From Trichinella spiralis (taxonomy: Eukaryota), in assembly GCF_000181795.1 (NCBI RefSeq), contig NW_003526941.1, positions 5,126,035 to 5,190,034 on the forward strand: DNA of 64,000 nucleotides, in the 5' to 3' direction. This document shows positions 54,795 through 64,000 of this stretch, in pieces. The translations under genes were made by a program, and so were the position numbers. Under the pieces are notes generated by a model, which saw only the letters and a program-made list of their open reading frames with translations, did not search any database and was not told the DNA's origin. Within the stretch, counting starts at the first letter, position 1, and each line of letters begins with the position of its first letter.

Positions 54795-56846
54795 ATGGAA
54801 GTTGATGAAAATGCGTCTGAAATAACAGCAATAGAGAACTGTCAAGATTCATCACAAGAAATGATGCAAGTAGACAACGATGAACCACCTTCAAGTAAAT
54901 TTGGTTCAAATGAAGTATACTCAAATGTTGTACAAGCAATCAAGTTTCAAAACAGCCAATCGCTTATAGAAGCCTCACAGTTGTTACTTAGCAAAAATGA
55001 CGATTCACTGACAAAGCGAATCGTTGAGACTGCATTCAGAGGTGTTGGGTTGGAATTGTTGAGCATGGAAGCTCCAACTGAAGAGCTGTTTTCTTTGCTT
55101 GATTTCAGTTTGAAAGTTTGCAAAGAAGGCATTGGCTCTAAAGCGACGTTTTTCTTCATTCTTTCTGATATGTGCGAAGTACGTTTCGACGATTACGAGT
55201 CGATTTACAAATTTCTCATCGAACGCGAAGCTTTACTTCACGAATTGCTTCTAATTCCAAGCTGTAATAGTTATTTGTTGAGAATAGTCAATTCGATGTT
55301 AAAACGTTTGTCCAGGATTATCAACGCTGAGCTATGCGGGCGTCTGAGTGCGTTTTTGACCAAATGTTTGCCATTTTTGGACAAGTCTGGTTTAAATGCT
55401 ACTGGAGAATGTGAGCCGTTGCTTGACGCTGAGTTAATCAGCTTCCCCGACGAGGATGAAGAGTTAGTTGAACAGTTCGCCGAAAGTGCTTATTATTTGC
55501 GTGATGAGTTCATTACGTTGCCGGAGAAAACGGAAGAGAAGAAATTCAACCGTTCCTTATACAGTAGTTTCTGCTTGACGAAAAAGCTACTAGCCGAACC
55601 GACGAATTGTTGCGAAACGGAGGATGATTGGTATCAGTTCAAACAAGCGGTGGACAAAGTGCTTACACACATGTCTCATCCACCTTTGCCATTCGACCGT
55701 ACGTATTCTTCGCTGATGAATCAAGCTGTGGCGAGGGAGTTGTCTTTACCTGGAGGCTTTTATCTTCCTGAGCCGAAGATGTTTATGCTTCAGATTAACG
55801 ATGTCTCGTTTGTGAGTACCTTTCTGATGGAACAGCTTATCGTGCTGGACTATTTGATTGAACAGAATCGATGCTTGAATACGACCGTTCACGATTTGGA
55901 ATCTTCGTCTGGGAAACATCGTTGGTTACTTTCAACGTATAACAATTGCTATCAATTGCTGAAAGCAATGCCAGACGGCGAAGCTGCGACGTTTCATTTG
56001 AATCTGCAGCTCGACAATGAAAAGCTCTGGGGCCAATGGAAGCAAGATAATTATCCAGATGTGAGGGTAAAACCAACAGCGATTGTTCAATCACTACGTC
56101 GAGGCGAACATAGACCGTACGTGAAAGGCTTTTTCGATTTGGGCAATCCAACACTGACTAAATTATGGAATCTTTGTCCGAACAATGTAGACTCTTGGCG
56201 TGGCATCGGATGCCAGGCGGTGCCGGAAGTAAAGGCTTTCATCTCTGAAGCGGTTAACCAGGCCTCACCAGAAGTGCAGATGCCTATGGAGTTGAAAAAA
56301 GTATCAGATGAGAATTTCAAATGGATTGGTTATCGTTTCATGGCTGAGAAAAGCCGTTCGTTTGGCATGTTCACAGAAAAGCAAATATTAAACACGTCGA
56401 AATATTTAGAAAGCATGCTTGTCGTCACTGCCATGGATCTCAGTCTGCCAAGTGATTGGGATTACAATCTTTTCGACCATACATTTTTCAAAGAAGTCAT
56501 ACCGGACGTGTATGTATTGAACGCGCTATTTTTCGGCGGTACGTCCAAATCAAGAATATTCATGTTCGATGGATTGGTGACGCAAGATTTGGTACAAAAA
56601 TTGGCAACCAAGCTGGCGCATAAGTGGAAAGAAATTCTTCCACACTTAAAATTATCCGCCGATGTACAACTGGCATGCAAAAACTGTAGCGTGCCAGCCG
56701 ATTCGTTCAAGACGATGATGACCGCATGGATACGTAATGGAAAAGACGCGACAATTCGAAATTTGAGAAGCGCTCTGTTGCAGGCTGAAGTTTATGACGA
56801 ATCCATAGCAAAAGTGCTTCTTTTCAGGACAAATCCACGTCCTTAA
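54795..56846 (+). CDS. THOC1: THO complex subunit 1 (Hpr1) with C-terminal death-domain-like region; single exon, 683 aa
   Basis: LLRIVNSMLKRLSR...LCGR...FL...LPFLDKSGLN, LQIND..F, E..W..WK, LGNPTLTKLWN; death-domain-like KLAHKWKEILPHL...MMTAW...ATIRNLRSAL. Confidence 0.9.
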   Translation: MEVDENASEITAIENCQDSSQEMMQVDNDEPPSSKFGSNEVYSNVVQAIKFQNSQSLIEASQLLLSKNDDSLTKRIVETAFRGVGLELLSMEAPTEELFSLLDFSLKVCKEGIGSKATFFFILSDMCEVRFDDYESIYKFLIEREALLHELLLIPSCNSYLLRIVNSMLKRLSRIINAELCGRLSAFLTKCLPFLDKSGLNATGECEPLLDAELISFPDEDEELVEQFAESAYYLRDEFITLPEKTEEKKFNRSLYSSFCLTKKLLAEPTNCCETEDDWYQFKQAVDKVLTHMSHPPLPFDRTYSSLMNQAVARELSLPGGFYLPEPKMFMLQINDVSFVSTFLMEQLIVLDYLIEQNRCLNTTVHDLESSSGKHRWLLSTYNNCYQLLKAMPDGEAATFHLNLQLDNEKLWGQWKQDNYPDVRVKPTAIVQSLRRGEHRPYVKGFFDLGNPTLTKLWNLCPNNVDSWRGIGCQAVPEVKAFISEAVNQASPEVQMPMELKKVSDENFKWIGYRFMAEKSRSFGMFTEKQILNTSKYLESMLVVTAMDLSLPSDWDYNLFDHTFFKEVIPDVYVLNALFFGGTSKSRIFMFDGLVTQDLVQKLATKLAHKWKEILPHLKLSADVQLACKNCSVPADSFKTMMTAWIRNGKDATIRNLRSALLQAEVYDESIAKVLLFRTNPRP

Positions 56847-57326
56847 CAAAATAACAGTTATGTTTATTTATTTATTGTCTGTTGAACCATCAATAAATTC
56901 ATGCTTTTGCTTATGATTTACTATTCTTGATCATCATTTGATACCGCTATAAAAAGAAATATGTGTACATTTTATATGTTAAAATAAAATATGAAAATAA
57001 ATGTGTACCTTGTAGCAACCACTTTCGACTTCTTATACTCGGCATTTATTTCCTTTACCGTAATTCATACCTGATTATCAATATAATCACTGAACATACA
57101 GTCAGCATAAATTGTATTTAAAAAATTTTGCTTTTAAAAGTGATTAAATTTACATGAAATATAAATTCATACTCCATTTCATAATTCCAAAAATTTATAC
57201 AATTAATAATAATTTTTAAAAATTGGGCAAACCAATCAACGAACAAAAATCGCTGTTGAAGAATTTTGTTTGAAAATTAAATTCATTGAAGTGAAAAGTT
57301 TAACATGTCAATCTAAAACACAATAA

Positions 57327-59117
57327 TTATGATGAAATGTCATTCTGAATTGTTTTCATTATCCAGTCATAGAACATGTTCACATTCAAATAGATGCTGT
57401 GCAGTTCATATTGCCTCTCATTGACGGCTGGAAATAATTTCGTTGTAGCAACGCCGTACAAATACCAAGCGTTGTTTTGGTGAACAATAAGTGGACCACC
57501 AACGTCAGTCTGAAAAAAGTGAATAAACAAATTAGCATTTGAAATCGATCAAGGCAATTCACCGACCGCTGAAATGTATTGACCACCTTGGAAGCTTCGA
57601 ATACAGATCGTATTTTTGTCAATACTACTCGTATAAGCATCCAAACATGGCTGATCGTCGACCAATTCAACAACCGCTTGCTGTAACAGACTGGGAGTTT
57701 CTGTAAATAAAATTGACAATAAATACTGCGTTTTATTTAAACGTTTTACAACAAATTATTAATTCCAACGTCAAACGATAGATACTTTCACTGCTCGTCA
57801 TATTGTTCCAACCGATGACAACGGCCAGATTGTCGGTTCCAGTGATCAGAGTTGGATCATCAGAAAGACAGATTGGTATTATCGAAATGGGAAACGCCCT
57901 GGCGCAATTGATTTTCAACAACGCAAGACCATCGTGATTGTCATCATTATCGACACTGCGGAATCGTTCTACTACTTGACAAGTCTGCAAATTATGGACT
58001 TGTCACAATCATAAATTGAAAAGAAAACAAAGCCGAACAAAAAATGAGCTGAACTATTTGTGTTTCTTCGTTTTCAAGGTAATCTTCGCCAACGTCATGT
58101 ACGCCAAGTTTAACGTGCATATCGTGCAATAGAGAATGTCTAAGAAAGAGGAAAATTGTTTGGGGGAAAAATATTCAAATTCCAAATGAAAGCTAACAAG
58201 CAAGCTGATGACGTCAGCACCCATTTTGAACCGATCAATGTGCCTCCACATATTAATTTTTGATCCACATATACTGCTGCTATCCACTGCCAACTGTTCG
58301 CTTCAGCTCTGTGCGATCCGATTATCTGTCCAAAGTGGCTAATCTCGTCATTCTCATCAAGCTTTATCCCTTTGGGTGTGTTTTCATCATCTTCACCGCA
58401 AATTTCTACAGGCTTTGGCAAAATAGTGGTTGTCACGAACGGTACAACTCAAAAGTAAATACCATTAACGAACAACAGTAACAATTTCATTTCAAATTAA
58501 ACCTTTTAAAAATGCAATTCCACTTACCAGACTGAAAATACCAACTGAATGAAAAACCAACATATACCGACTCCGGCTTGCCAGGAGCAGAGCAAAATTC
58601 AATGACAACTTTGTTCGTTTGAATGCTCTGTGTCTGAGGAAGATGTTTGCCACAAAAACGCCCTGCAAAATAGAAAAAAAAACAAATACATCATTTCAAT
58701 TTTTCAACCATTTTCACTGATGCATTTATGCAACTTAAACTTGCATACACAACGGTTCGTGCGATGACATTTCACACGGTTTCACCACCAGTGGATCATA
58801 ATATTGTTCATCATAAGCTGACAAATGATCAACGCATCCACCATAAGGCCCAGCTTCGACAGAAAATGGTGATTGAAATTCAACATGAAACTGGGTCTGT
58901 GATAACAGATTCAAAAGAAAGATAACTGAACTGTTCAACAGAAGCCATATATCAATATGCTTACCACATTTGATTGAAAACTGCTCGAGTGAATAATCCA
59001 ACGCTGCTTCACCCACTGACCATAAGCTTTGTTTGGCCAACCCACAGATTTTATAACTCCATCATCAGCTTCCAAGTGATAAATCTGATGAGGTCCATAA
59101 TCAACTTGGCTGAAAGC
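57327..59117 (-). CDS. CUB domain + trypsin-like serine protease homolog, predicted catalytically inactive; first exon/start unresolved (probably 59180-59400)
   Basis: CUB: GVIKSVGWPNKAY...WII, FSVE...CVDHLSAYD, GRFCG...GF. Protease: IIGSHRAEANSWQWIA, CGGTLIGSKWVLTSSAC, DGLALLK, PICL, VIGW, TDVGGPL, WYLYGV. Confidence 0.85.
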
Positions 59118-60405
59118 TGTATAAAAATCTGTTCACTGAATAATTACAATTTTCAAGCATCAAAAATGATTTTTACTTTACATTCACTGCAAGCATATTT
59201 GTAGACAATAAAATAACCATGATGTAGTTAGTGGCACAAAATGGAAATTGTTTACAATAAAAAATTAAAAATTAATGTATGATGAATACCACCATTAATA
59301 ATGCAAACAACACTGATTTCAATTAATTTTAAACATGCTTTCCAAAGAAGTGAAATAATAAAGCCTACTTTTTTCTTTCAGTTCCAACTTTTGTCATTGT
59401 GTATTTTGAAAAAAAAACTTTAAAAAAATAAAAATATAATTATAATTTACGAAAAAAATTTGATATTCATAAAGCGGAAAAGCACATTTACCCGAGATGA
59501 TGAAACAAAATTGAAACAACGAAAAAAAGTTAAAAGAATAAGAAAGCAACATCAGAGTATTTGAATTGAAAAGCTGAAACAATAGAGAAACTCCAACTGC
59601 TGCGTTTTCGGCAAACAATTTGATAAAGTTAAACTGATAAGCTGAACCACGCCCGCGCATTTCGGACAAAGAACAAATGCAAACAACATTACACTTTCCC
59701 CCTTTTTATTATCAGAAGCCAACCACATTCAGCTTGAACCACATATACCTATATATATGTATATATACATATACACATATGGGTGTACATGTAGGTAGGT
59801 GAAAGAAGAGGAAAAAAAAAGAAAATAAAATTTTACACGATGAAAGCAAATTACGAACAAAAATACATACACACGAGTGTTGATTACAGAATAGAAAAAT
59901 TATCAGCGAATTACTTGAACACTGAATAATATGAAATCGACTCTCTCTTCCTACCATAAATATGTATATGACGACAACAATTGTGTGTGAGTTATAGAAA
60001 AATGCTAAATTAATCGATCAATAATCAACTGTAGAAGCGTTAGTTGAGCAGTGAAAACATAGTTTTGTATCTTTGAGGCTTCCAGCAGAAAACGCAAATC
60101 AGCGAAAAACGAACAGGCAGCAAAAACTGTAACATCATCATAAATATTAAAAGTATAAAAATGCAAAAGTCAACAACAAAATTATGATAACTGCCGATTT
60201 CACAAAAAAAGGAATAATTTTTTCTCACAGATGTGAGAAGAAAGAAGAAAGAAAGCAGAAAAAAAGGCAAACCGAATGAGTAGAAGGAGCTGAAAGAAAG
60301 TAAAATAATAATTATTATTATTATAATAAGCATTATTGTTGTCATAATAGGTGAATTTTTCAGGTTGTGATTGCTGAATTGATTGGTCTTTTCTTTTAAA
60401 TTCAT

Positions 60406-63653
<3,248 letters not shown>

Positions 63654-64000
63654 TATAATACAGCTCATCTTACAGCATGAACGCATAGTATGCGTCAATG
63701 CAACCAAACCTTCTGTATGTCACAAAATTTCTTTCATCTCATTCACAGATACGAAATGCTTATATTACAAATCCATTCCACAAGCTATTCAAACTAATAA
63801 CTGAAGAAAAATAATGCAGTTCTTTCCCATCTTATAAAACAACAGTCATCATCCTGATTATCTTTAATAATATAATTCAACACTTAATACTAATTATTGA
63901 CTATTACTGTTAATTATTATTGACTGTTAATTATTGACATGGCAATAATAATAATAATAATAATAATCAAAAACCAAACAGAAATTTTTTTTATTTACCG

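Noticed and set aside
59394..60405. Several hydrophobic F/I/L-rich minus-strand ORFs
   Set aside because: U-rich 3' UTR and intergenic sequence downstream of the USP gene; compositional artefacts.

Overview
AT-rich, gene-dense eukaryotic genomic DNA with short GT-AG introns and TTTTCAG-like acceptors, and one 10-N scaffold gap at 11630-11639. It is most consistent with a clade I nematode such as Trichinella (inference from intron style, base composition and gene content). I support 17 protein-coding genes by manual splicing: TDG, an intronless GNAT/YitH-type acetyltransferase, RtcB (cut off at the gap), a small secreted 12-Cys protein, an FSTL4/5-like protein, a BTB-kelch protein, a divergent VDAC, a 3xPAN-ZP cuticle protein, MTP/DSC-4, a DHRSX/RDH-like SDR, WDR4/Trm82, PCNA, an SH2D4-like protein, U1-C, an intronless THOC1, a CUB + inactive trypsin-like protein and the 3' part of a USP4/11/15-like deubiquitinase. 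I saw no rRNA, tRNA, CRISPR array or transposon. No single new multi-gene system is demonstrable. The best leads are the intact TDG with a long Q-rich tail, a candidate WDR4-SDR-MTP operon sharing a divergent promoter with PCNA, the unclassified secreted Cys-rich protein, the intronless GNAT, the divergent VDAC and the CUB pseudo-protease. Exon boundaries were read by eye and some may be off by a few bases.
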